This document shows, in pieces, positions 9,354 to 19,320 of a DNA stretch of 64,000 nt. The DNA comes from a virus. Position numbers and translations under genes: made by a program. The stretch is taken from UHGV virus genome UHGV-0293664; one strand, given 5' to 3'. A model generated the notes under the pieces. That model saw only the letters and a program-made list of their open reading frames with translations, searched no databases and was not told where the DNA came from. The stretch's first letter is position 1. Each line of letters opens with the position of its first letter.

Positions 9354-10562
9354 TCAGCAACTACAACTTCCATAGTGCTTAACTCTCTCGATAACTTCCG
9401 CTTGCTTACCTTTATTATAAGGACGGGAGTTAGGACTGGAAAGGTATCCAGACACACGTCGAATTACACTGATCGTTCCCTCTTCATGGTTTCCACACTC
9501 TGGGCATACAAAGCCTTTAGCTGTTGCACTAAACTCACCAGAGAAACCACACTTGAGACATTTATCCACAGGTTGGTTAATACCAAAATACATAATGTGT
9601 TTATACCCGAAGTCAACAAGAGCCTCTAAAGCATCTAAGTTGTTTTTCAGATTTGGTGTCTCTACATATCCGATGTTGCCACCAGAGGAGATCATAGCAA
9701 AACCTTCCTCATACTTCCACTTATCAAAAGGAGAGCTATTGATCCATACTGGCTGATGGAAACTGTTGGTGAGATATTCATGCTCGTGCTTCAACACTTC
9801 AGGATATTCACGATCCAGACAGGTTGCAGCTTTATAGCATAGACTCTCAGAAGGGGTGCCGTACAAGCTAAACGCTAGTCTACTTTCCTTCTTGTATCGC
9901 TCACAAGCATCTCTCATGTGCTGAAGGATTCCAAGAGCTAAAGCCTTGTCACCCTCTCTGCCCAAAATCTGACAGGTTTCATACACACCAATATACCCAA
10001 TGCTGATGGAAGCGTACCCGTCATAGAAGAGTTTATCAATACTTTCTTCAGGATCCAGGCGAGCAAGAGCGCCTTCACACCACATGATGGGGTTCTGCCC
10101 TGCCTTTGTTCCTTTTAGACGGTTAACCCTTACAAGGTGAGCCTCGTATGCAAGATCCAAGTATTCGTCAAGAACTGCAAAGAAATCAACACCTTCCGTC
10201 TTAGCTTTTGCCGCAATCATTGGCAGGTTAAGGCTAACAACACCCAAGTTGAATCTGCCAAGGTATTTCTCCTCACCTGTTTCCAAGTCATTGTATTTGC
10301 TAAGAAAACTCCTGCAACCCATGCTAGTTACTTTGCCATCTGTCGAGCCTGTCACTTTTCTATTTAGTGGTACAGATACGAAGTCAGGGTAGATACGTTC
10401 TGCACAGCATTCCAGAGCTAATCGTTTCAAATCATAGTTAGGATCCCCAGGGTTCATGTTGACACCCTCTTCCAGGAAGAACAGCACTTTAGGGAACACA
10501 GGTGTAATACGTTCTTCACCAAGACCCATTTTGTGGACTTTCAAGTAGTTTTTGGTAATCAT
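9354..10562 (-). CDS. nrdD: anaerobic ribonucleoside-triphosphate reductase, C-terminal part (exon 2 of split gene)
   Basis: C-terminal Zn ribbon CLKCG...CPECG and glycyl-radical motif RVSGYLSS; lacks the N-terminal half found in the upstream ORF. Confidence 0.8.
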   Translation of the reverse strand: MITKNYLKVHKMGLGEERITPVFPKVLFFLEEGVNMNPGDPNYDLKRLALECCAERIYPDFVSVPLNRKVTGSTDGKVTSMGCRSFLSKYNDLETGEEKYLGRFNLGVVSLNLPMIAAKAKTEGVDFFAVLDEYLDLAYEAHLVRVNRLKGTKAGQNPIMWCEGALARLDPEESIDKLFYDGYASISIGYIGVYETCQILGREGDKALALGILQHMRDACERYKKESRLAFSLYGTPSESLCYKAATCLDREYPEVLKHEHEYLTNSFHQPVWINSSPFDKWKYEEGFAMISSGGNIGYVETPNLKNNLDALEALVDFGYKHIMYFGINQPVDKCLKCGFSGEFSATAKGFVCPECGNHEEGTISVIRRVSGYLSSPNSRPYNKGKQAEVIERVKHYGSCSC

Positions 10563-10870
10563 TCTACCAAAGACCGAGGTATCCAGTCCTAAACTTAATG
10601 TGATAAAAGGGGTTTGCGGTCCCCACCCTTATGTTTCCACAAGGCCAGACTATCTCTTGCCTGAAATCACACCGTGTGATTCTTAATCAGACCTCTGCGT
10701 TTCGGAATCTTCCATAATCCCTACACCAAAAGGTTAGTCGTTACAACCGCCTCACTCCTTGTGAAGCTAGTCACGGGATTGGCATAGCTTTCGCCTTAGC
10801 GTTCCCCGTTAGCCAGCGATCAGCTGACCCCTCATACTGAGGTTAGCAGAGTTTTAAAACGGCCAGTTTG
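10563..10870 (-). ncRNA. putative ORF-less group I intron interrupting nrdD
   Basis: About 310 nt GC-rich, stop-dense insert between the two nrdD ORFs; minus-strand GACUA/UAGUC-type elements; T4 nrdD (sunY) has an intron. Confidence 0.55.
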
Positions 10871-11734
10871 TTAACCGTTGACAGAAGTTAACGTATTTAT
10901 TTGATAGAGCAAAGTCTGCATGCTGTCAAATACGTCTTTATCTGTCATTTGCATTGCAACAGTCTCAGCATCTGGCAACCAATGTTCCTGGCAAAATTTA
11001 AGGTTCTTCTCATAGGTCGCTTCAGCATACTGTGCCAGATAATGATCAATATGGCTCATGGTCTGACCTCCATATTGAGCACTAGCTACTGCACTAGAGA
11101 TTTGGCTAAGGATTGTTGTTGCAACCCCTATTGACTTCGGCTTACTGACATGGGCGTTACCAATGTTGAATCCGTTTTCCAACATATCTGGATAGTTTAC
11201 CAAACAACAGTTTGTTAACGGACTGATCAAGTAGTCAAGATCATGCACATGGATGAAGCCTTTATTGTGCTCTTCTGAGACACGGTTTGGCAGGATCTGT
11301 GTTGATGCAAGGTGTTTGCTAAGGATGCCTGCAAGCAGGTCACGATGAGTGTGTACATGATTGGTAGGCTTATTTGCGTTTTCTTTTGTAAATTCATCAC
11401 AAGTGCGATCCAAGAAGCCACTAATATCTGCAAGCAGTTTTCCACCTGCCTCTCTGTTATTATCTCTTGTCTGCCTATACTGGATGTATTCTCTGGCTGC
11501 ACATTTTAAACCCATATCCATAAGAGCGTCTTCAACAAGGATATGGATATTTTTTACAGAGATCGTGCACTGGTCGGTTGGTAGATTGTTAGCAACAACT
11601 TCATTAACCGCGCAGGCGATCCGGTAAGCTTCTTCTTCAGTATGTCCAGACTCAAGTAAGGCGGACTCTGCCGCCTTGATCACCTTAATTCCGTTATAGA
11701 CCTCTTCTCTACCGTCCCGTTTTACAACTTTCAC
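10871..11734 (-). CDS. nrdD: anaerobic ribonucleoside-triphosphate reductase, N-terminal part (exon 1, ATP-cone)
   Basis: N-terminal ATP-cone-like MKVVKRDGREEVYNGIKV; colinear with the downstream C-terminal ORF. Confidence 0.8.
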   Translation of the reverse strand: MKVVKRDGREEVYNGIKVIKAAESALLESGHTEEEAYRIACAVNEVVANNLPTDQCTISVKNIHILVEDALMDMGLKCAAREYIQYRQTRDNNREAGGKLLADISGFLDRTCDEFTKENANKPTNHVHTHRDLLAGILSKHLASTQILPNRVSEEHNKGFIHVHDLDYLISPLTNCCLVNYPDMLENGFNIGNAHVSKPKSIGVATTILSQISSAVASAQYGGQTMSHIDHYLAQYAEATYEKNLKFCQEHWLPDAETVAMQMTDKDVFDSMQTLLYQINTLTSVNG

Positions 11735-12009
11735 TTTTTCTCTCCAAAACCATTCTTAACAAAAGAGATGAAATCATCGGCACCGCCTATATGGGCACTT
11801 TCAAGATTACTTTCTAAGAAGATCTGCGGCAACGTTCTGGGTACGATTGGACTGCACTTCTCAATAAGCTCTTCTTTTGTGTAACCCTCGCCAAGTGTCT
11901 TATATACAAAAGGCAGACCTTTACTGACTGCAAATTCTTTTGCTCTTACACAATGTGGGCAGTTATCTTTACCGTAAATAATAAAGAAAAAAGATTTTTC
12001 ACAGCTCAT
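11731..12009 (-). CDS. glutaredoxin/NrdH-like redoxin
   Basis: CPHC active-site motif in a 92-aa protein between nrdB and nrdD. Confidence 0.7.
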   Translation of the reverse strand: MSCEKSFFFIIYGKDNCPHCVRAKEFAVSKGLPFVYKTLGEGYTKEELIEKCSPIVPRTLPQIFLESNLESAHIGGADDFISFVKNGFGEKK

Positions 12010-12012
12010 GTA

Positions 12013-13161
12013 TTAAAACTCCCAAATTTCTTCTTCAGCGTCGTTAACAGTTGTGTTGACTCGGTAGTCAGTGTTCGACATTTCTTGGTTCGCCGTCTGT
12101 TGCAATGAAGGTTTCATCCACACCTGCATAAACGGTAGCGGGTCCTTTGTTGGCGGCACAAAGTCTTTGTCGATATCGTAGTAATCATAAATCGGTGAGC
12201 AGTTATAGTCAACCCATTCTTTAAGCAACGGTGAGTTAAGGCCTATAATCGCTCTTCCTTCGCTGAAAATATAGTCGCTCCAACCGTACTCCTTGGTTCG
12301 TACTTCATCAAGAATCTCTTTTAACTCCCCTTTTATCTCCAGGAAGCTTTTCTCCCATGCTGGATCGTTAAGCAGGATATCAATGATGGCAAAATCACCT
12401 TTCGAATGTAGCATTTCGTCAAGCATGATTTTTTGAACAAGCTGTGCCACCTGAACAAAAATACCCTGTTCAGCTACTGCGAAAGTGCATGCAAAACTTG
12501 CAATAAACTCAATACTTTCCAGAGCTAAAAGTGCAAAAAGCGCTCTAAGAATGCATTTCCGCACAATATCTTCTTCAACACTAGAAGGATCCAGTCGGTA
12601 TTTTGCACCAATAACCTCAAGCTCTTGCATGTATTTGACAATAACGCCAGATCTGCTCAGAACGTTTTGGTTTTCCTGAATCTCTTCTATAATCTCACGG
12701 GCATTGGGGAGGCATTGTCTAACAATCTCTGAGTAAGTTAGTGCGTGAAGAACTTCAATCTCTGACTGTTTCATCAATAGAGTGAAAAGCTCACTATTAG
12801 TGATGAATGGTGAAAAGAGGCAGATGATCGATCTTGCCGCAACGCTATCAGCCTCCCATTGCCACATCAAGGTCTGCACCATTACATCATAAGTTGACTT
12901 GGAGCATGTTACAAAATCTGAAATAGATTGCGACAAATCCACTTCATCCTCTGCCCAGTCTTGTTCTTTTTGTTTTTTGTACAGTTCGAACAGTTGTGGA
13001 TATTTTTTGTTGATAGAGTCGTACATACCCATTTGCTGTCCCAGAAACAGCGGATAGTCACCAGTTTTATGAGCGGTGTTCTCAGCATTAAATACAGCCA
13101 TTATTCTACCTCTAAAATGGGGCCGAAGCCCCTTTAAAATTATAGTGCACAGCTTTCGCAA
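12013..13161 (-). CDS. nrdB: ribonucleotide reductase class Ia small subunit
   Basis: 382 aa, acidic C-terminus EEEIWEF, conserved Glu/His-rich helices; directly downstream of nrdA. Confidence 0.85.
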   Translation of the reverse strand: MRKLCTIILKGLRPHFRGRIMAVFNAENTAHKTGDYPLFLGQQMGMYDSINKKYPQLFELYKKQKEQDWAEDEVDLSQSISDFVTCSKSTYDVMVQTLMWQWEADSVAARSIICLFSPFITNSELFTLLMKQSEIEVLHALTYSEIVRQCLPNAREIIEEIQENQNVLSRSGVIVKYMQELEVIGAKYRLDPSSVEEDIVRKCILRALFALLALESIEFIASFACTFAVAEQGIFVQVAQLVQKIMLDEMLHSKGDFAIIDILLNDPAWEKSFLEIKGELKEILDEVRTKEYGWSDYIFSEGRAIIGLNSPLLKEWVDYNCSPIYDYYDIDKDFVPPTKDPLPFMQVWMKPSLQQTANQEMSNTDYRVNTTVNDAEEEIWEF

Positions 13162-15455
13162 TACGGATCTTCAACTGAACTATCTGCAATCAAAGGATAG
13201 TTCTTTCTGGTTTCATCTTCAGCCTGTTTCTTGGCATGAAGTTCCTCTGCCAAGGAGTCACCCGCACCAACCCTAGAGTTTAAATAATACCATGTCTTCA
13301 TTCCGAATTTAGTGGCACGGATAAGGTACCCTAGCTGCTCCTTCATTGAAATTTTACCATCTTTCAACTTGGTGTAGTCTATGTATAAATCCGCGCTGAT
13401 TGCCTGACCTGTGAATTTTTGAATCACAACATACATATCGATCATGTCGTTAGTATCAACGTCCCAAGCCGAAGTGTAATACTCTTTCAACTCATCATAG
13501 TCAGGAACGATAAACAGCACCTGCCCTTGTGGCGACTTTTTAAAGATAATGTGCTCACGGACAGGATAAACCCCGTTAGTGGTGTTTGTTGCCAGCGAAG
13601 AGCTTTCATTAGGCATATATGCTTCAAGAACGCTATTACGTAGCCCACCATTTTCAATGATTTCTTTACGTAACCCTTCCCAATCCTGTTTAAGAGAAGG
13701 ATCTTTCACCACGCTATCGACCTCTTTGTTATAGGTGTCGATTGGTAACCAACCTTCTGGATATTTTGTTTTATGCATCCACTCGCAGACACCACGCTCT
13801 TTTGCCAACCGTAAACTTGCCTTATGCAAGCTGTAGCTGTGAAGTTCTGCAAGATCGTGAACGAGCTGTTTACTTTCAGGAGATCCGTAAGTAACCTTGT
13901 GGCTGGCAATAAAATGTGCAACATTGGTAAGGCCAACCCCGATGGATCTACGTTTTTTAACTGTGCTTTCCATATTTTCATACGGATATGTCATGATTTC
14001 CATAACATTGTCAATCATAAGCACCGTATAGTATGCAACATCCTCATACTCCTCTGGAGTAACCCTCCCAGCTACAAGAGATGACAGGAAGCACAATGCA
14101 ACCTCTCCATCATCAGCATCGTACTTGAAGATATTACGCATATCTGAATAGCCTTTTGTCGGGAGGGCTATTTCTGCACACAGGTTACTTGAATAGATCA
14201 CATCTTTAAAAGGTGTATGTCTATTCATCTCATCTGTCCAGTATACATACAGCCTTCCCACCTCAGTACGCTGCGTGATCAGTTCAACAGCAAGATCTCT
14301 GGCCCGGATCCATGTTTTAGGAATACTGTCATCTTTAGCAATACGATCAACCTCTGCATCAAACTCCTCCATAGACATGGTGAAGATACCCTCATGCAGT
14401 TGAGGCGCGTGCTTATAAGAAACAAGCATCCAATCCAAATTCTTAGCCACACGGTTGATAAACGACCTATTAATACCGATGGAGTAGTCCATGGTGTTGA
14501 TTCTTTTTGAAGCAACAGTCATAGGGTTTCTCAAACGGATTAGCTCATCAATCTGCGGGTCCAGTGCAAGGAATGATACTGTTGCAGAACCGCCACGTGA
14601 TTGTTGTCTGTTCTCCTTAACACCAGCATCAATACCTCGATAATATGGAATCTTACCCATATGTTTAATAGTGTTACCACGAACACCATCGCCTGCAGAT
14701 CTTGAGGATAAGTAGTAGCCGATACCTGCCTGGTTAACCGTCATTGTGTACGCAACTTCACGTGCCACACCAATGGATTTTGCTGTATCGTCAGCTTTTA
14801 TTACACAACAAGATGCATACCCTGTCTTACCTGTGCGCAGCCCGTTTAAGTACGGTGTCGGGGCATTGATCTTTAAGTCGGACAGATAAGTGTATAATTT
14901 TACAACATCGTTGATACGACGTTCTTTCGGCATATTCTTCATGACAGCCATTGCTATCCCCATAAACATCATCTGAGGAGATTCAAACAAGGTGTCTTTA
15001 AGAGTATCCTTGATCCCGTATTTGTCGCGAAACTGTTTAAGGACTGCATAGCCATAACCGAGATCTTTACTGTGATCAATAACAGTGCCTAAAGTGTTTA
15101 ACTCGGTAAAGCTATAACCCATATCCTCCCAATACCCTTTCTCAACCATGTCGTTGTAAAATGATGGTAAGGAAGGGATCTTTGTAAACCCTCCAAAAGC
15201 CTCTTTATAAATCTGACCAATAAGAACACGACCAGCCATACGAGAATGTGCTTCGTCCTTACGGCTAACACAGGAGTCTATAATAGCTTGGTTAACTTCT
15301 TTGGTTGTGCATCCATCATACAGCCGTTTGTATGCATCAAGTGCAATATGTGACCAATTGCCGTTACCGTCATCACCGAAAATAGCTGCCTTATTTAAAC
15401 GTTCCGGATCGAATGCCACTTCACATCCGTTGCTTTTAATTACCTTGGTGATCAA
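13140..15455 (-). CDS. nrdA: ribonucleotide reductase class Ia large subunit
   Basis: 771 aa; N-terminal ATP-cone, active-site NLCAEI, C-terminal Cys pair CESCAL. Confidence 0.9.
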   Translation of the reverse strand: MITKVIKSNGCEVAFDPERLNKAAIFGDDGNGNWSHIALDAYKRLYDGCTTKEVNQAIIDSCVSRKDEAHSRMAGRVLIGQIYKEAFGGFTKIPSLPSFYNDMVEKGYWEDMGYSFTELNTLGTVIDHSKDLGYGYAVLKQFRDKYGIKDTLKDTLFESPQMMFMGIAMAVMKNMPKERRINDVVKLYTYLSDLKINAPTPYLNGLRTGKTGYASCCVIKADDTAKSIGVAREVAYTMTVNQAGIGYYLSSRSAGDGVRGNTIKHMGKIPYYRGIDAGVKENRQQSRGGSATVSFLALDPQIDELIRLRNPMTVASKRINTMDYSIGINRSFINRVAKNLDWMLVSYKHAPQLHEGIFTMSMEEFDAEVDRIAKDDSIPKTWIRARDLAVELITQRTEVGRLYVYWTDEMNRHTPFKDVIYSSNLCAEIALPTKGYSDMRNIFKYDADDGEVALCFLSSLVAGRVTPEEYEDVAYYTVLMIDNVMEIMTYPYENMESTVKKRRSIGVGLTNVAHFIASHKVTYGSPESKQLVHDLAELHSYSLHKASLRLAKERGVCEWMHKTKYPEGWLPIDTYNKEVDSVVKDPSLKQDWEGLRKEIIENGGLRNSVLEAYMPNESSSLATNTTNGVYPVREHIIFKKSPQGQVLFIVPDYDELKEYYTSAWDVDTNDMIDMYVVIQKFTGQAISADLYIDYTKLKDGKISMKEQLGYLIRATKFGMKTWYYLNSRVGAGDSLAEELHAKKQAEDETRKNYPLIADSSVEDPYCESCAL

Positions 15456-15760
15456 TTTGCTTCCTCCACTTCATCAACGTATTTATCAAGGCAGGTATCA
15501 GTATCTTGTTGGATAAAGGTATCCTCTTCTACAGAGATATTTATAATTTTACCTGTATACTCGTCATAATAAACATCATCATACATTTTAATATCGTTTG
15601 TCAGGCCGTTGAACCAAAGCCATCCGACATATTCTGCCCGACTTGCAAAACCAAGATCCTTCCACTTGGAGTTATGACTCATCTTCACCACCTTAGCTTT
15701 CAATACCGAATAATTTTTCCAGGCGATGCAGATCTTCAAAATTGAAAGGTTCATCAACAA
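15452..15760 (-). CDS. hypothetical protein (102 aa)
   Basis: ORF. Confidence 0.4.
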   Translation of the reverse strand: MLMNLSILKICIAWKNYSVLKAKVVKMSHNSKWKDLGFASRAEYVGWLWFNGLTNDIKMYDDVYYDEYTGKIINISVEEDTFIQQDTDTCLDKYVDEVEEAN

Positions 15761-16166
15761 TATGAATATCTTCAGCCTTTTCAGATTGTTTTGTATACTT
15801 TCTTACATTAACACGATCCTCTACGGGGATATCATACGGAAGATCTTGAACAAGCATTGCCTCACCAGGTGCTTTATCTACATCTAAAATATCTACACCG
15901 TTATACATTTGTGGGTATCTAAAGTCTGCACGCATGACACCAGCAAATACATCTGCCTTTCGATAATGGGTTGGCTTATTTTTGCATCGAACGTTTTTTC
16001 CACGAAGAACATCAATATTTTTTAAATCAAACCCTACGGCGAAGAGTGCAGCTCGGAGACCGTTTCGTGTGCGAACGTTAAACCCAGGGACGGTAGATAG
16101 GAAATCTAAAGTAACTGAAATAAATGTCTTTTTAGGAATCATAACATTACTCATATCTGTCTCCAT
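15693..16166 (-). CDS. hypothetical protein (157 aa)
   Basis: ORF. Confidence 0.4.
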   Translation of the reverse strand: METDMSNVMIPKKTFISVTLDFLSTVPGFNVRTRNGLRAALFAVGFDLKNIDVLRGKNVRCKNKPTHYRKADVFAGVMRADFRYPQMYNGVDILDVDKAPGEAMLVQDLPYDIPVEDRVNVRKYTKQSEKAEDIHIVDEPFNFEDLHRLEKLFGIES

Positions 16167-16256
16167 TTCTGGCTCACCAACAAAGAAAGTGAGCCATTAT
16201 TATAGATTATCTAATACTATTAGTCAACACAGAAGTTACCTATCGCTGTGATAGGA

Positions 16257-17240
16257 TTAACCTTTCATGAAGTGGTTATTAAGCAACTGTCTGTGCTGAA
16301 CCCACCCACAAAAGTTGGCAGACCAGAATTTACCATCACGGTCTTGATGGGTTACACCTTCCTGCCAAACACAGCTGTCCTGTGTGATTTCACATGAAGA
16401 CAGGTAATAGTTTAAACGTTCCATTGCGTTATCGTGATCCATAGGTGTTGCCTGGTGCTCGTAAGGGCTTGCATGAATACGATCTCCACCAATCAATTTT
16501 TTAGCCACGCTGTCTGCCTTTTCAAACGTGCTGTCAATATTTCGATAAGATACTTGTGCACAGCAACTAGCACTGATAGACAGAGCTTCTTTAGTATCGA
16601 GAATGCAGAGCTTTCCTTCTGTGTCACGCACAGCGTAGTTAAACTCTCCGTCCAAATAAACGTGCTCTACATATGGGGTGTGCCATTGACCCGGTTTAAG
16701 GATTTCAGGAGTGCTATTCCCAAGAGCCTCCCACATACAATTAGCCAACATCTGAATCGTAGGATCCGCATCGTGCCAGCAACGGAGGTGGAAAAAATTA
16801 TTCCACTCGGTGCTCGTTACAACTGTTTTCATGCGTTGAAAAGGCTCCACTAAGCGGTTACACACTTGCTTATGGTAACCAGCAAGGGCGAACTTTTCTG
16901 CATGCCAAGCGGCGTTTTTTGCAGCTTCTTTCCAAAACTCTTCAGGAGTTAGTTCCATGTCAGTGTACTCTACACGGATCTTTTGATCGTGTTCCCCACC
17001 ATCTTCCATTCCTCGCTTATTTACACCGAAGCGAACTGGCATTGCCGGATTCTCCACAATCTGTTGCAGCATCTTGCCGACAGGTACTGCACGGGAAGAC
17101 ATGGCGTTTCGGCTGAACACTCGGTGCGTCATAAGCTCTGAGTGAATAATTCGAGGATACTCTAGTTCAAAAGTGGTGATACGCTTACCTTTCTCGGAAA
17201 TGCTGTCAGCAATAATCTTTGCAGTGCACAGTTTTAGCAT
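16257..17240 (-). CDS. thyX: ThyX-like flavin-dependent thymidylate synthase (putative)
   Basis: THRVFSRNAMSSR resembles the ThyX RHR-x7-S-x-R signature with first Arg replaced; sits among nucleotide-metabolism genes. Confidence 0.5.
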   Translation of the reverse strand: MLKLCTAKIIADSISEKGKRITTFELEYPRIIHSELMTHRVFSRNAMSSRAVPVGKMLQQIVENPAMPVRFGVNKRGMEDGGEHDQKIRVEYTDMELTPEEFWKEAAKNAAWHAEKFALAGYHKQVCNRLVEPFQRMKTVVTSTEWNNFFHLRCWHDADPTIQMLANCMWEALGNSTPEILKPGQWHTPYVEHVYLDGEFNYAVRDTEGKLCILDTKEALSISASCCAQVSYRNIDSTFEKADSVAKKLIGGDRIHASPYEHQATPMDHDNAMERLNYYLSSCEITQDSCVWQEGVTHQDRDGKFWSANFCGWVQHRQLLNNHFMKG

Positions 17241-17440
17241 TATTTAGCTCTCCTTGTTTTAATTTTGGAAATTTCGTCTGGGTTTATGTTGGCCTTAAAT
17301 GCAAGGTATCTGTTGAACATGTCAGAGCACATATCTTGGGTGATCCTGGAGGCATACACTAGCTTACCTCCCAGATCATACACCTCTAGCCAGTCACCGT
17401 ATCTGACTACAGGATCGCCACCTTTAGAACATCTGCCCAT
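17240..17440 (-). CDS. hypothetical protein (66 aa)
   Basis: ORF. Confidence 0.3.
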   Translation of the reverse strand: MGRCSKGGDPVVRYGDWLEVYDLGGKLVYASRITQDMCSDMFNRYLAFKANINPDEISKIKTRRAK

Positions 17441-17441
17441 T

Positions 17442-18035
17442 TCAAATACCTTCTAAAAACTTTCCTATTTTATACCAGCTATCAGCGGTATAGTCAACAC
17501 TGACCTTTAACTCCTCAAATTGCTCATAAGGCGTATCTTTTAGGATTTTAATAACTTCAGGTCGTGAAGCGAATTGGTTCAGGTATTCATGCCTGTCGTC
17601 AATTATAACATCTACAGCCACATTTCCTTTGAAATGTGTGGCGTAGAATCCGTGGCCCTGGGTGTGATCGTCCAGATCCATAAAATCACTGGTCCAACGC
17701 TTTAAGAATCTTGATTTAGATGCAAGGTGACCTTTCTTGCATACCGAGATAAATGCAAGCTTGTGACCACGAGCCACCAAATCTTTCATAACCTCAATAG
17801 CCCCCTCTTCAGGCTTAAGGAAGTCGTAGAGGAACGGGTCACTCCAGAAATCAAAAGGTCCTATGATGTTTTCTTTGGGACGATCAGGCCAATACTTTGA
17901 CAGATCGTAATACATTAGCCCATTAGAAGGTTTAGCTACTGTCTTACTGGCTGGACCATACAAACGCTCCAACCACTCCCACCATGCTGTTCCTGAATCT
18001 ACCAGTGTCAGATCTACATCAATTCCGATTAACAT
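17442..18035 (-). CDS. HAD-superfamily 5'(3')-deoxyribonucleotidase-like phosphatase
   Basis: N-terminal DVDLT (DxDxT) motif, later IIDD. Confidence 0.5.
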   Translation of the reverse strand: MLIGIDVDLTLVDSGTAWWEWLERLYGPASKTVAKPSNGLMYYDLSKYWPDRPKENIIGPFDFWSDPFLYDFLKPEEGAIEVMKDLVARGHKLAFISVCKKGHLASKSRFLKRWTSDFMDLDDHTQGHGFYATHFKGNVAVDVIIDDRHEYLNQFASRPEVIKILKDTPYEQFEELKVSVDYTADSWYKIGKFLEGI

Positions 18036-18646
18036 TCTTCTTGGGCCTCTTTAGCATCAATATACTTGCACACAATCTCCGATGCACACTCCCAAGGTGC
18101 ACCTTCAGGGTTTACAACATCAAACTCAACCCCTTTTATTCCGTTCTTTTCCAGACTTAGATAGGTTCTGGAATCATTTCCCCAGTCATATCCTACACGG
18201 TGAATACGGAACAACAACAGATCTCCACCTGTGCTGTATGCGTACTCGCTAAGGCATGCCAGCTCCTCCTTGAATCCCCCATCGGAGTAAACAATAACCC
18301 CTTTACCTTCAGGAAAATCTTTCTTCAAAGATGCGACTGCGGCTTTACCGAAAGCATCTTCACCAAAGATAGGTTTAATAAGATTTTCACTACAATGGAT
18401 CATCCACTCTCGCGGAGAAACATGCTTGCCGTCTATCATTAAGAAAGGGCAAGGCGCTTCTTTGTAGTAGCGGTCATAAAGTGCATTCCAGAGTTGAGGA
18501 GTTACACCAGCCGCCTTAATTGCCACACTGAAGAGCATCTCCTTAACCTCACGGTGATGTGAGTTAGGAATAGCTTCCAACAAGAGATCTGCAATGTGAT
18601 CCTTACCACTGCTAGGTGGGGCGTTAAGAACAATAATATCCATCAA
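18029..18646 (-). CDS. deoxynucleoside monophosphate kinase-like P-loop protein
   Basis: N-terminal APPSSGKDHIADLL resembles the T4 gene 1 dNMP kinase P-loop. Confidence 0.45.
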   Translation of the reverse strand: MMDIIVLNAPPSSGKDHIADLLLEAIPNSHHREVKEMLFSVAIKAAGVTPQLWNALYDRYYKEAPCPFLMIDGKHVSPREWMIHCSENLIKPIFGEDAFGKAAVASLKKDFPEGKGVIVYSDGGFKEELACLSEYAYSTGGDLLLFRIHRVGYDWGNDSRTYLSLEKNGIKGVEFDVVNPEGAPWECASEIVCKYIDAKEAQEEC

Positions 18647-18846
18647 AAACCTCCGTGGTATTCTTCAACTGCATCAATGATACTTTTACACTTATTTACC
18701 AGCTCGTTAGCCACTACAGCATCGTCTTCCCAAACAGCTTCCTCGATCTGATCAAGCAATGATCGCATCTTATCCATCATTTCTGGGATAAAGTTTTCTG
18801 AAAAGCTGTCTGGAATTGTTAACTTTAGTGTCATTGTGGACTCCAA
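18643..18846 (-). CDS. hypothetical protein (67 aa)
   Basis: ORF. Confidence 0.3.
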   Translation of the reverse strand: MESTMTLKLTIPDSFSENFIPEMMDKMRSLLDQIEEAVWEDDAVVANELVNKCKSIIDAVEEYHGGF

Positions 18847-18861
18847 TCATACTATGCGTTA

Positions 18862-19320
18862 TTAGAAGTTTGTTTTTACACGTCCCTTTTCATCAACCTC
18901 GTTGTTAGCTAAAAGCGTTACAAAGTCTGTGAAACGGACATGAAGAACTTTTTTCTTATCAAGGTATCCTAAAGCCACCCCTGAGAAATTTAGCATCAAA
19001 GGGGCTAAAGAAGCTCTGGCACTGAAATGCTGTTGTTCTACCCTTCCAACACCCTTAGTGTAGGATGGGTTAAGATTGTAAGTTCTGAATCCTAGTTTTG
19101 TTGGAGCTTTAGAATTAAAAACAACTTTATAGCGTTTCTTACTCAACTTATGCTCAAGGATAAGCATTCCCTTATCACCCTTGATAAGCTGAAAATCTGT
19201 AAAGTGCTCTTTTAAGACGAAAGGTAGTGCCAGTCCCATCGCCTGCCCCCTTTGTACCGCTGTCTCACCAAAAGCTTTTGCATCAGTAAGTTCTTTAGTC
19301 AAGTCTATGCTTTTGATCAT
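18862..19320 (-). CDS. hypothetical protein (152 aa)
   Basis: ORF. Confidence 0.4.
   Translation of the reverse strand: MIKSIDLTKELTDAKAFGETAVQRGQAMGLALPFVLKEHFTDFQLIKGDKGMLILEHKLSKKRYKVVFNSKAPTKLGFRTYNLNPSYTKGVGRVEQQHFSARASLAPLMLNFSGVALGYLDKKKVLHVRFTDFVTLLANNEVDEKGRVKTNF

Noticed and set aside
11227-11627. ORFs embedded in other frames or on the opposite strand of nrdD exon 1 (11227-11502 minus, 11312-11509 and 11361-11627 plus)
   Set aside because: Fully contained within a well-supported conserved gene; typical shadow ORFs.
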